Shown: one piece after another, positions 36,282 to 46,510 of the stretch
How the letters are laid out: each line of letters opens with the position of its first letter
How positions within the stretch are numbered: the stretch's first letter is position 1
Origin: Auanema rhodensis
Taxonomy: Eukaryota > Animalia > Nematoda
Length of the DNA stretch: 64,000 bases
Assembly (NCBI GenBank): GCA_964057225.1
Contig: OZ059897.1
Coordinates: forward strand, 9,424,001-9,488,000
Direction: 5' to 3'
Position numbers and translations under genes: made by a program
The notes under the pieces: generated by a model
Seen by the model: only the letters and a program-made list of their open reading frames with translations
What the model was told of the DNA's origin: nothing
Databases searched by the model: none

Positions 36282-39200
36282 ATGCTGCCCAATACTGGTC
36301 CAAAACCTCCGCTGGACCCTGCTGCCACTTCAAATATTATAAGAAGAAAAAGACAACCGCCCGCAACATATTCTCCCCCCTCTGCAAAACAAGCAAAGTT
36401 AAGCATTAAAACAAAGTCAATGGTAATACATACCCCAAGACATCGCGGCATTCAAAAACAATTCACCAATCCCAAATCACATGAAAAAACGAAGAAACAA
36501 AAAACAGACATAGTCGAAAGAAACACCTTAGAAAAGAAAATTATCCCAAACATTAAACCTATTCCTAAAAACATAGCAAGCAAAGGGAACCCTCAAAACC
36601 CCCCAACCAACACCATACCAAATACAATCAACCCAATCAATCCTTTAATAGCCACCCCTAGAAGAAGCAATACACCAACCACACAAAAATCACCTACGCC
36701 CGCACTTTCTTCAACCACACCCGCAGTAAGCTCATCCCCACCTCTACGAAACTCACCTTCATCCATTGATCATTCTACATCCGGGCATTCTCTATCTCCG
36801 TCTCTTCCATCGCAAACTAATCAAGCAAATACTTTTGTTGCAGAAAACAAGAGAATTAACCCAAGAATGGACCCAATGGACGAAGGCGCACCACTTACGC
36901 AAACCTCGGGAAGGGCACCTGTTCCAACAACTACAATCATCCCTCAACCAGCAGCGATTCCGTCCGCCATACGCGATATAAAAGCTCCACGCTACGATGG
37001 AAAAACACCATTCAACCGCTATCTACTATACCTAGATGAACACTTCAACGCTACAAGAACAACTATGCCCGAACGTCTTCAAAGCATACAATTACTGCTA
37101 GAAGATGATCGAGCAAGAGAAGCGTACAGAAAACTCACAACCGAAGATAAGCGACTTGGATGGGACCATGTCAAGAAGCGACTCTCAGAAATGATCACAC
37201 CGAAAAAACAGAGAGAACGAGCAATGCACCGCCTACATGGCTTGAAACAGTTACCAACGGAATCGGTACAAAGCTTTGCAACAAGATGTTCTAACGAAGC
37301 CTACTCGGCTATGGACATGAACAACGAAAGTGAGCTTAACATGCTCCGATCCACCTTCACCTGGGGACTAAGACCCGAAATAAGCGAACACGTTAGTCGT
37401 CTAGACCCACCAAACTTTGAGGAAGCTTACGAAATGGCCTTACGAGAAGAACTCTTTATACAAAATAGACCAACATCGTTTGTCAACAATATAGAGAGGT
37501 CGTTCAACAACCTCAACATTCGAGACTCGAAGAACAACAATCAATACCAGAGAAACGAATCTAAGGATTTCAAAGGAACCAAACCGATGTATAATGGCAA
37601 TGGCAAACCACACAACCGATATCCGGACAGATACAACAACCAATATCGGCCTCATCAACACCAATACAGGAACCATAACTCACGATTCTCTCAAAATAAG
37701 GGATCAAGACAAAACTACTTTGACAGATCACGGAACAGAAGCCAAGAAAGACCATACTATCGAAACCGCGACCAAAACTATAGCGGACACAACAACCGGC
37801 GACAATCAAATAATCACGAACAATACCCCTCTCAATACAATCGAAGCCAATACAACAATTATAGAAGTCGCCCGCGCAGCACCTCCAATGGACCGGAACG
37901 GTATAGAGAACGCACACAGAGCCCAGGAGTACGTTTTCAAGTCAACAACGTCACGGAAAACGAAGTACCGAACAACAAAAGAAAATCAACACCATTCCTA
38001 CCCCTCTTTATCACAATTATCGCACTCATTATAAACACATGCAGTGCAGAAACAACGTACCAGTTATGCACAGGAAACAGAGGAGGAATATATGTCGAGC
38101 CGCCATCTCCAACAGCTTGCCGATTCATCGCACCAACTAATAACCATATCCAGAAGACTACAGCAGAATTGTTCATCCAAAACCTACAACCAAAAGAATG
38201 GGAAGCATGGAAATGTGCAATTGAAACTTACCAACTCTGCATTCACGACGTTTTCTTCATCAGAGAAACTAATGTCTCACTAGCAAAAGTTTCACCAACA
38301 ACACTGCAAGAATGTTCGTCAGCTATTAAAGAAAGAATATTCAACGGTACCAACCTTCAAAGAGAAGCACCAGGACTCTATGGAACTCCATTCCCACATA
38401 CAACTATTACTAATGGTATATGGAAACAGGAATGCGAACAACGTACCAGATTCATAGCTGAACGAGGACACATGACCAGCCTACAAGACAATACAGTACT
38501 CTCAGATATATTCATAAACGACAACGGATGCACCAGTGACAAAGGACAATGCCTAACCAACAACGCTCTCATCATATGGACCCCACCATCAGAAAAACAT
38601 AGTTGCTCGTACACTTCATTAGGCTCTCACGAAGTTTTTATATCAGAAGACACCATATTGATTCCCGGAATTCAAAGTGCTTTTATTCTAAACAATAAAA
38701 CACCGGAAAAAGAAGCCTCCTCATGCTTACAAAAAGAGATATTTACTACAAATAGCGGAACTCTAATCTCCTTCAACTCAACCTCAAGCTTAGGACGATC
38801 AAGAAGACACGCAATCACGGAATACCCTAAAGGATTCTTGACAGTTCATCAATACCCCTCGCTAAGATATTCAGCCAGCAAAACCGGAACTATTCTACTA
38901 TATACAACCTATATTCAACGGAAAAGACTTGACATCCATTACAATCTCAATAACATAACAAATATGTTACCTAAGTATATCGCAATCTTCAAACACCTAG
39001 GTATAAATTTTGATGTTATCAAAAATCGTCTTATATGGCACAAATATGAAGACGTCAACATAGCCATTCTACACGCCCTAGGAGAAGCAGAAATAAGAGA
39101 AGCAACAAAAATCGCGATCGATAATCTATCGTATAAGGAACTTACGCATAAACTTAGCAAACGGATCACAATTAAGGATTTTAAGAAGATACTACCAACC

Positions 39201-42200
39201 AAAACAGGAGACTACTATGAAATCGCGAAAGAAATTGCTTACTCACTTGCGGAAATACCTACTACGTTAGCTACAGGAGAAACAACACCATCTTTAGAAG
39301 AATACTTATATCAACTCATGCCACCAAGAAAACCAAGACTCACCAAGACACGAAACGATTTAGAACTGTACGAACAACTAGCACAAGCAAAAATTATCCT
39401 GAACGCAATAAATAATCCGAAGAAGCTACATTCAAAAGAAGAATACGAAGCAGAAATGAAGAAATGGATCAAATATGAAAAAGAACTGAACTTACCACCA
39501 TTACAACTGCCAAACTACACAGTTATCTTCGATGGCGACGATATATTCTACGGCTTCCGGAAAAGAAATCCTACAAATTATAGCATTACACAAGAGGATA
39601 GTGAAAAATTTTATAATCATTATCTACCCCTTATCAGTACTCCCGGAACACGACCTTTTGCAACCACAATTAGAAGCACTTCGACCCCCCTACAAACTAC
39701 TACTACAACCACTACCACGACCCCTAAGCCTACAACCATAAGGAACGTCATCACTTCGACAATCACACCCAAAACACATATATCCACAACAACTAGACCC
39801 AAACCAACAATACCCACGTCTTCATCAACTACTACTACTACTACCACTACTACTACTACTACTTCTACTACTGCTAGACCCAGATCAACAACAACCACAA
39901 CACCTACAACAACCACAACTATATTCACCACTCATCGACCAACACAATCATTCTCCACCCCCCAATCTACATTCAATATTACTACAAACCCAATCACAAT
40001 CACCTCAAGCCAGGAATACAATAGGAAAGAATCACTCACCAAGTCACCGCCTCCAAGAACTACAAAAAGATCTATCACTACCACTCGCAGCACACCTGAA
40101 GAAATATCATCACATATTGGTAAGAAAGCTCACGTAGACTACCTTAAAGCTAAGAACGATATCGTCCAAAAATGGAATGAACATCTTCATCAACAAGAAA
40201 CGCAATCTCATCTACAATATGCCACTACCAATCTGGAAGATGATATCATACGTACGTTCACAACAAACAGAAACAACATCTGCCACGTACAAAATAAACA
40301 ACTACTTACCTGGTGGGCTATTCTTCAAATAAATCCTACTATAGGGATGCGTACAATGCTACGACGACAGGATATATCTGCAAGATTCATAAATGATAAA
40401 CTAATTTATGTAATGCCATGCACACCAATTCAAATTACAAAAACATACCGTGATCACAAAGTCAACAGCACGTGTTTTCTGGAAACCCCAGTCGAAACGG
40501 AACATCACGGCCAACTGTTCATCCTACCAGGTACAAGAGACCTCACACCGATGGCACATGCCATACCATGCGGATTCACAATCAAGGATCCCTGGAAAGA
40601 AAACGATCAATGGACTAATAATAACCAATCAATAAATGTAACATCACCAGCATACATCGACGAGTTAGGATCAATCAACCTAGAACATATCAAGTTTAAT
40701 GGAAGCAACATTTTCAACAATCTAACAGAATCAACGTTTTCTATGGCACTAGCAATATCATATGGATCCAGCTTAGCAACGCTACAGGCTACTTTACCAG
40801 GAAGAATAAAACCTGTAATCAAACAAAGATTAATTCCTAACATGAACCCTGTTACCCTAACAGCAGGAGCAGCCAGCAGCTTACTACTCAGCTACGAACA
40901 TACAAAAGAAGCTATAACTTGGAAAATGTTTGACTTTCTGTCACCAATATGGGAAAAGATTCAAACCTGGACACTACGCGTACTTGCTATCATTGGATCA
41001 ATCATCATAACAATTGGCATAATCACACTCGCCACCTGGATAATAAAAATATACGCATGTAGCTCAAGGATACCCATCAACAATGTCAAATGGGAAGCAG
41101 AATACTTACAACCACTATCAACTGAGAACACAAGAACAGAAACATCTCATCCTTCTCCGTCCGCTCCATACGTCGACAACCATCACAACAGCTGTCAACT
41201 CACATTGTATGATCCTTCAGCACCAATTCCTGAACACATTTATGAAGCTTATTTCCCTACAAGCATGAAGAAAGAAAACATAAACTACGTAGGAGGATCA
41301 CAATTACCGTTTGTCCCGATTTCAATCCACAATCACATTTTTAAGGCACTATGGGACACGGGAGCATCAGCATCATACATGCGAGAATCCACCTTCAAAC
41401 AACTGCCCGCTGCAACGATGGTACTAAAACAAACAACAGCGATAGTCGCGAATAAATCTAAATTCTCATTTATGGGATACACAAGGATCCTCATAACAAT
41501 AGGAACAACAGAAACAGAACACAAATTTTATGTAGCAGAAGATAACTACTGTCCAGCACCAGTGTTACTTGGAATAGACTTCATGGAAGCATTACATCAA
41601 CAAGGAATTTACACCTCACTTCGACCGCTGGATAAAACAATTGTTATCGGCACAACACATGTTCCACTAGCACGAGAAACATCTCCGTGGGAACACCAGA
41701 CCACAAAAGCATATGTGGTTAGCTTAGAAAACAAAACGCTAAGACCAGGAGAAACAAGAACGCTCACGCTAGAAGTACACGATCCAGAAAGCTATGAACA
41801 GGCGTTTCTAGATTGTAAGAAACCAGGCAACAAACTCTCTTTCACGCCTACTATATTTACGCCCACTGGATACGGAGTACAAATTTACGCGACGAACATA
41901 TGCAAACAGCCACTCGAAATTCAAATGAACCAAGAAATAGGGATAGCAGAAGCGATACCAAAGGACAACCAAGAAAAATACGAAGGACAATACATACCTC
42001 CGGAAGCTCGATGGGAAGAGCAACTGCCATATTTTCCAGACAATTTCATCAATGAGCTTGACCTTTCAGAAGCCTGCTTCTCACAAATCGAACAACAGCA
42101 ACTGAAAGAAATAATTTTACTACATAAACAAGCGTTTCTCAACGAAGATAGAAATATCGGACTCTTCCTAGGACCAATTGAACACTCCATTCCAATCATG

Positions 42201-45200
42201 CCAGGAAAAACACCATCATTCAAAATTACTTATCGTATACCACTCTCCCAACAAGAAGAAGTGGAGAAACAAATAGAAGAAATGCTACAACAAAGAATCA
42301 TTGAACCATCAAACTCAATGACAACTAGTCCAGTAATTTTGGTGAAGAAGAAAGACAAAACTTATAGATTTGTAACGGACTTTCGAGCTCTGAATGCAAT
42401 CACTCAGAAACAAGTATATGTCATATCAAACATACAGGACATCCTAGATTTGGCCGCTGGAGCAAGGATCTTCAGCAACTTTGATTTAGTATCTGGATTT
42501 TTCCAAATACCTCTTAAGAAAGAAGATCGTCATCTTACAGCTTTCACAACAACAAGTGGAACTTATCAATATTGTCGAATGCCGATGGGATTATGTGGAT
42601 CACCCCATACTTTTCAAAACGCAGTACGATACCTGCAATCAATGGTTAAATGCAAGCTATTCGTATATCTAGATGATTTACTGTTAATCTCTGAATCTAC
42701 GACAGCACATTTAAAAGATATTGAAGAAGTTTTGGAAGCAGTAACTCAAATAGGATTCAAAATAAAACTGAAGAAATGCGCATTCGCAAGAAAGGAAGTA
42801 AAATTTCTAGGATACATAGTTGGACAAGAAGGAATTAAACCGGACCCACATAAAATCAAGGCAATACAAGATTATCCCCAACCAAAATCAACAACAGGAG
42901 TAAGAGCTTTCATGGGAGTAGTAAACTACTTCAGAAGGTTCATAAAGAACGCTGCAGGAATAGCAACACCACTCTACAACCTCACTCGGAAAGACACTCC
43001 GTTCAAATGGACAGAAGAAGAAGAAATTGCTTTTAATACTTTGAAGAAAACATTGACTCAAGCACCTGTGTTACAAGCACCAATCCCGAAACGACCATAT
43101 GTTATTGAAAGTGATGGAAGTATGATAGCAGTTGGCGCTGTACTACTTCAAGCGAAAGACGATCAAGAACCATTACATCCAATAGCTTTTGCTAGTCGGA
43201 AACTCAACAAAGCTGAAAGGAATTATCCACCAATAGAAGTAGAAGCATTAGCTCTTACATTCGCCGTCAAACAATTTCGCACCTACATACTAGGAACAGC
43301 AACCAAAATTATCACGGATCATAGACCACTTACTAGTTTAATGACTAGAAAGGATTTAATAGGTCGTTTAGCAAAATTTCAAATTGTTTTACAAGAATAC
43401 GATATTGAAATTATCTACAGACCAGGAAAATTAAACAGTGTATGTGACGCATTATCACGATATTTTGAAGATGAAATCAACGAAGCAAAACCACCAGCAA
43501 AGAAGAAAAACGAAAGAAAAACGACGGAAGATACTATTCATCAGATAAACACCTTCACGATAGCAGATATTCGATCAGTTCAGAATCAATCAAATTGGAT
43601 AAAAGAAACTATGGATAAAATAAAGAATAATACAGCTGGACGACAACTGACGGACAGATATATTGTGTACAACGATGTACTATACTCAAAACCAAAAAGA
43701 AGCCTACAAGTACCACGAACAATTTTACCACGAGAAGAGCACATAATTAATCCAATTATGAAGAAATTTCATGAAGATCCGACACTCGGAGCTCATCTAG
43801 GAATAAACAAAACAATGGACTCAATATCAAGACGATTTACATGGACTGGAATGCAAGAAGACATTACAAACTACATCAACAGATGTCTTGCTTGTGCGAA
43901 AAGAAAGAACAACCCTCACGAAGCAACGGTGGAACCAATGAAAAATTTTCCAACATCAACAAAACCATGGCAAAGAGTACACATGGATATACTCGGACCA
44001 TTACCTAGGACAGAACAAGAAAACAGATATGTTCTTTCAATTCAAGATTCTTTTTCAAAATGGATAATCGCAATTCCGCTAATCAGACAAACATCAGAAG
44101 AAATTATATCAGCTATCGAAAAATATCTCTTCTATGTTTTTGGACCACCTGTTACTATCATCACAGACAATGGATCTAATTTTATTTCAAACGATTTCAC
44201 TACTATGTGCAGTAATTTTGGAACTACACACCACACTACTATGCCGTATTACAAAAACGCTAACGGACAAGTAGAAAGATTGCATCGGACGATCGAAGAA
44301 GCATTAACAGCCTACGTTAACGACGAACAAAACGATTGGGATAAAATACTTCCGAAGATTATTTTTACACTCAACAGATTACCAAACGCCACCACTAAAA
44401 CATCACCATACGAATGTTTGTTTGGACAAGTAGCACGTCTACCCATTGACAAAAACTTGGAAACACCGGAAGAACAAAATATCACGGATCAGCTCAAAAA
44501 CTTAAGAGATATTCAAGAAAAAGTCAAGGAAAAGATTGCCACCAACGAAGAAAGAATGAAGCAGAAATACGATCAAGCACATAGGACAAAAGAAAGAATA
44601 TTAGATATAGGAGATCGAGTATTTGTACAAAGAGCGAACCCAAGCAACAAATTACAAATACGAAGAGATGGACCTTACCGGATAGTGACAATTGAAGGAA
44701 ACAACATCAGCATAACGGACCAAGATGGAAATATTATAAAAGCTCACAAAAATAACATACGTTATTTTCCACCAGACGATAATCTTATATCAACAAGAAA
44801 TAATGAAGAAGAGGAAGAAGAGGACCAAGACATAGCAAACGAAGAAGAAGAAGAAGAAGAAACAAGTTGGAATAATCTGGATGAATGGGAACAAACCAAT
44901 AATACGGAAAATAACAACAACTGTTACCCAACAGGCAGTCCAGATACTCTCGCGCAACTGTTACCTATCACAGGGAATAACAGAGGAGTAAACGAAGAAG
45001 AAATTGAACATAATTCAGAAACACCTGACGACCTTGCTACAGCAAGAAGAATAACAAATTCTAATATACAATTAGAAAATGAATCAACAACAATCGACAG
45101 AATTCAAGAGGACCTCAGACAGCTGACACCTTTCTCTCAAGAAGAAGGTCCTAATCAAAACGATATAGAAGATAATAACGCAAAAACATACGAAAAGCTA

Positions 45201-45482
45201 CGAGATCAATTCAAGAATGAAAACAGAAAGGAGCTATTTGAGGACAGAAACAGAAACTCACCAGCAATCAAAAATTGGAACACTACACTTGCCGCAGCAC
45301 TAGGAATAGGAAATGAAAACTCACGCCCGTATCATGTTAAACTACAACCCAAAAGAAAAACACAAGACGAAGAAATCAGAAGTAATGGAGAATTGGAACT
45401 ACATGGAAAAGCGGATCAAAGCAAAAAGCAGCAGAATAAATCTCCAACGCAAAACAAAGGAGAACAAGTACGAAATTTTTAA
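36282..45482 (+). CDS. Gag-Env-PR-RT-RNaseH-IN polyprotein (ORF track starts at TTG 36237; first ATG is 36282)
   Basis: Retrotransposon Gag (PRYDG, LKQLPTESVQSF, FTWGL); internal signal peptide; Env; TM; protease LWDTGA (D at 41355); RT SPVILVKKKD, RMPMGL, YLDD (42666); RNase H ESDGS, TDHRPL; IN HHCC, MDILGP, TDNGS, VERL; GPY motif. Confidence 0.96.
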   Translation: MLPNTGPKPPLDPAATSNIIRRKRQPPATYSPPSAKQAKLSIKTKSMVIHTPRHRGIQKQFTNPKSHEKTKKQKTDIVERNTLEKKIIPNIKPIPKNIASKGNPQNPPTNTIPNTINPINPLIATPRRSNTPTTQKSPTPALSSTTPAVSSSPPLRNSPSSIDHSTSGHSLSPSLPSQTNQANTFVAENKRINPRMDPMDEGAPLTQTSGRAPVPTTTIIPQPAAIPSAIRDIKAPRYDGKTPFNRYLLYLDEHFNATRTTMPERLQSIQLLLEDDRAREAYRKLTTEDKRLGWDHVKKRLSEMITPKKQRERAMHRLHGLKQLPTESVQSFATRCSNEAYSAMDMNNESELNMLRSTFTWGLRPEISEHVSRLDPPNFEEAYEMALREELFIQNRPTSFVNNIERSFNNLNIRDSKNNNQYQRNESKDFKGTKPMYNGNGKPHNRYPDRYNNQYRPHQHQYRNHNSRFSQNKGSRQNYFDRSRNRSQERPYYRNRDQNYSGHNNRRQSNNHEQYPSQYNRSQYNNYRSRPRSTSNGPERYRERTQSPGVRFQVNNVTENEVPNNKRKSTPFLPLFITIIALIINTCSAETTYQLCTGNRGGIYVEPPSPTACRFIAPTNNHIQKTTAELFIQNLQPKEWEAWKCAIETYQLCIHDVFFIRETNVSLAKVSPTTLQECSSAIKERIFNGTNLQREAPGLYGTPFPHTTITNGIWKQECEQRTRFIAERGHMTSLQDNTVLSDIFINDNGCTSDKGQCLTNNALIIWTPPSEKHSCSYTSLGSHEVFISEDTILIPGIQSAFILNNKTPEKEASSCLQKEIFTTNSGTLISFNSTSSLGRSRRHAITEYPKGFLTVHQYPSLRYSASKTGTILLYTTYIQRKRLDIHYNLNNITNMLPKYIAIFKHLGINFDVIKNRLIWHKYEDVNIAILHALGEAEIREATKIAIDNLSYKELTHKLSKRITIKDFKKILPTKTGDYYEIAKEIAYSLAEIPTTLATGETTPSLEEYLYQLMPPRKPRLTKTRNDLELYEQLAQAKIILNAINNPKKLHSKEEYEAEMKKWIKYEKELNLPPLQLPNYTVIFDGDDIFYGFRKRNPTNYSITQEDSEKFYNHYLPLISTPGTRPFATTIRSTSTPLQTTTTTTTTTPKPTTIRNVITSTITPKTHISTTTRPKPTIPTSSSTTTTTTTTTTTTSTTARPRSTTTTTPTTTTTIFTTHRPTQSFSTPQSTFNITTNPITITSSQEYNRKESLTKSPPPRTTKRSITTTRSTPEEISSHIGKKAHVDYLKAKNDIVQKWNEHLHQQETQSHLQYATTNLEDDIIRTFTTNRNNICHVQNKQLLTWWAILQINPTIGMRTMLRRQDISARFINDKLIYVMPCTPIQITKTYRDHKVNSTCFLETPVETEHHGQLFILPGTRDLTPMAHAIPCGFTIKDPWKENDQWTNNNQSINVTSPAYIDELGSINLEHIKFNGSNIFNNLTESTFSMALAISYGSSLATLQATLPGRIKPVIKQRLIPNMNPVTLTAGAASSLLLSYEHTKEAITWKMFDFLSPIWEKIQTWTLRVLAIIGSIIITIGIITLATWIIKIYACSSRIPINNVKWEAEYLQPLSTENTRTETSHPSPSAPYVDNHHNSCQLTLYDPSAPIPEHIYEAYFPTSMKKENINYVGGSQLPFVPISIHNHIFKALWDTGASASYMRESTFKQLPAATMVLKQTTAIVANKSKFSFMGYTRILITIGTTETEHKFYVAEDNYCPAPVLLGIDFMEALHQQGIYTSLRPLDKTIVIGTTHVPLARETSPWEHQTTKAYVVSLENKTLRPGETRTLTLEVHDPESYEQAFLDCKKPGNKLSFTPTIFTPTGYGVQIYATNICKQPLEIQMNQEIGIAEAIPKDNQEKYEGQYIPPEARWEEQLPYFPDNFINELDLSEACFSQIEQQQLKEIILLHKQAFLNEDRNIGLFLGPIEHSIPIMPGKTPSFKITYRIPLSQQEEVEKQIEEMLQQRIIEPSNSMTTSPVILVKKKDKTYRFVTDFRALNAITQKQVYVISNIQDILDLAAGARIFSNFDLVSGFFQIPLKKEDRHLTAFTTTSGTYQYCRMPMGLCGSPHTFQNAVRYLQSMVKCKLFVYLDDLLLISESTTAHLKDIEEVLEAVTQIGFKIKLKKCAFARKEVKFLGYIVGQEGIKPDPHKIKAIQDYPQPKSTTGVRAFMGVVNYFRRFIKNAAGIATPLYNLTRKDTPFKWTEEEEIAFNTLKKTLTQAPVLQAPIPKRPYVIESDGSMIAVGAVLLQAKDDQEPLHPIAFASRKLNKAERNYPPIEVEALALTFAVKQFRTYILGTATKIITDHRPLTSLMTRKDLIGRLAKFQIVLQEYDIEIIYRPGKLNSVCDALSRYFEDEINEAKPPAKKKNERKTTEDTIHQINTFTIADIRSVQNQSNWIKETMDKIKNNTAGRQLTDRYIVYNDVLYSKPKRSLQVPRTILPREEHIINPIMKKFHEDPTLGAHLGINKTMDSISRRFTWTGMQEDITNYINRCLACAKRKNNPHEATVEPMKNFPTSTKPWQRVHMDILGPLPRTEQENRYVLSIQDSFSKWIIAIPLIRQTSEEIISAIEKYLFYVFGPPVTIITDNGSNFISNDFTTMCSNFGTTHHTTMPYYKNANGQVERLHRTIEEALTAYVNDEQNDWDKILPKIIFTLNRLPNATTKTSPYECLFGQVARLPIDKNLETPEEQNITDQLKNLRDIQEKVKEKIATNEERMKQKYDQAHRTKERILDIGDRVFVQRANPSNKLQIRRDGPYRIVTIEGNNISITDQDGNIIKAHKNNIRYFPPDDNLISTRNNEEEEEEDQDIANEEEEEEETSWNNLDEWEQTNNTENNNNCYPTGSPDTLAQLLPITGNNRGVNEEEIEHNSETPDDLATARRITNSNIQLENESTTIDRIQEDLRQLTPFSQEEGPNQNDIEDNNAKTYEKLRDQFKNENRKELFEDRNRNSPAIKNWNTTLAAALGIGNENSRPYHVKLQPKRKTQDEEIRSNGELELHGKADQSKKQQNKSPTQNKGEQVRNF
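37992..41058 (+). other. Env region: gB-like class III fusion glycoprotein with furin site and Thr-rich mucin-like insert
   Basis: Signal PFLPLFITIIALIINTCSA|E (mature start ~38049); Cys-rich N-part; RSRR at 38796-38807; Thr-rich ~39660-40090; LQY..C.VQN...W...NP......SAR...D....C segment (40212-40421) resembling the herpesvirus gB central helix; TM ~40980-41058. Confidence 0.8.
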
Positions 45483-45685
45483 TTAACTAACAAAAATCGT
45501 AGAATTGTAAAAATAATTTTTCTTTCTTTCGTATAGTACATTAAACATAAGACATAGATCAAAAACCACCGAAATTCTAATTTCTATCCTTTAATTTTAA
45601 CAAATTGTAACAATCACTGAAAAACAAACTATATAAAGAGAAAATTTTGATAGAGAAAAATTCAATAACACTTTTCTTACTCAAA

Positions 45686-46330
45686 ATGACCTCCTCTCTC
45701 GCCAACGTCACACTCTCTACATTCCTCGCAACTCCAACACCACTGGTCCCTCTAGCGACCACTATTGAACAAGAATGGATAGAGGTAGAAAACCTTCGTG
45801 AAGGTCTTCTACCTATCAACTGCATGAAGCCCAACTTAGGACCAATAATAAGCCTCCAAACGAGCAAATTGGAAAAGAAGACACAGCACATCCTATTTAT
45901 GATGGAACTATTGGAGGAGAAAACCAAAAACTATAAGGAAAACGATCTGAAGGAGCTTCGCCAGCATCAAAAGAAATGGACAGAAGGATGTTCTCTCAGC
46001 CAGAAAGAGAACAGAATCCGACACATAATGCTGGGACAACCCGCCAGAACGCAGACCACAGCTGACATCTACAAAGCAATGCCGACGTGGACAACACAGA
46101 TGACACAACAAGCTGTAGGAAATAGCGGAACCGAAGAAGAAGCATCGTGGATAGAGATAGGGCAAGACCTATCAGTAGTAATCGAAAAACTACTGACAAA
46201 AAGGACTACCAACACGTCCGCATCAAAAAGTAAGGCAAAAGCAGTTAGCCAAACCATCAGAACAATGGAGCTGCTTGGACTAGCATCAATGACGGAAATG
46301 ATCCAGGAAATTGACCAACTGGCGGATTAA
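45686..46330 (+). CDS. Orphan accessory ORF (214 aa from ATG 45686) between pol and the 3' LTR
   Basis: Long open frame with A-rich composition like the main ORF, flanked by AT-rich spacers, AAAATG context; no recognised domain. Confidence 0.7.
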   Translation: MTSSLANVTLSTFLATPTPLVPLATTIEQEWIEVENLREGLLPINCMKPNLGPIISLQTSKLEKKTQHILFMMELLEEKTKNYKENDLKELRQHQKKWTEGCSLSQKENRIRHIMLGQPARTQTTADIYKAMPTWTTQMTQQAVGNSGTEEEASWIEIGQDLSVVIEKLLTKRTTNTSASKSKAKAVSQTIRTMELLGLASMTEMIQEIDQLAD

Positions 46331-46510
46331 AGAAGAGAGGAAAGGTTTAAATCATTTATAAAATTCTATCTCTTAAAATTTTTCTCTTTATCAATAGTTT
46401 GTTGAAAAATTTGCTTTATCTCATGCCATTTTTTTTAATTTTTATTTTTCTCTCTTAATTATTATTTGCATATAACAGCTGAGGTCAGCTGACTTGTATC
46501 CGTTGGGGCA

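Noticed and set aside
36266-42223. Antisense ORFs inside the gypsy polyprotein, including the poly-Val ORF 39620-39931
   Set aside because: Mirror of the Thr-rich sense codons; no independent evidence.
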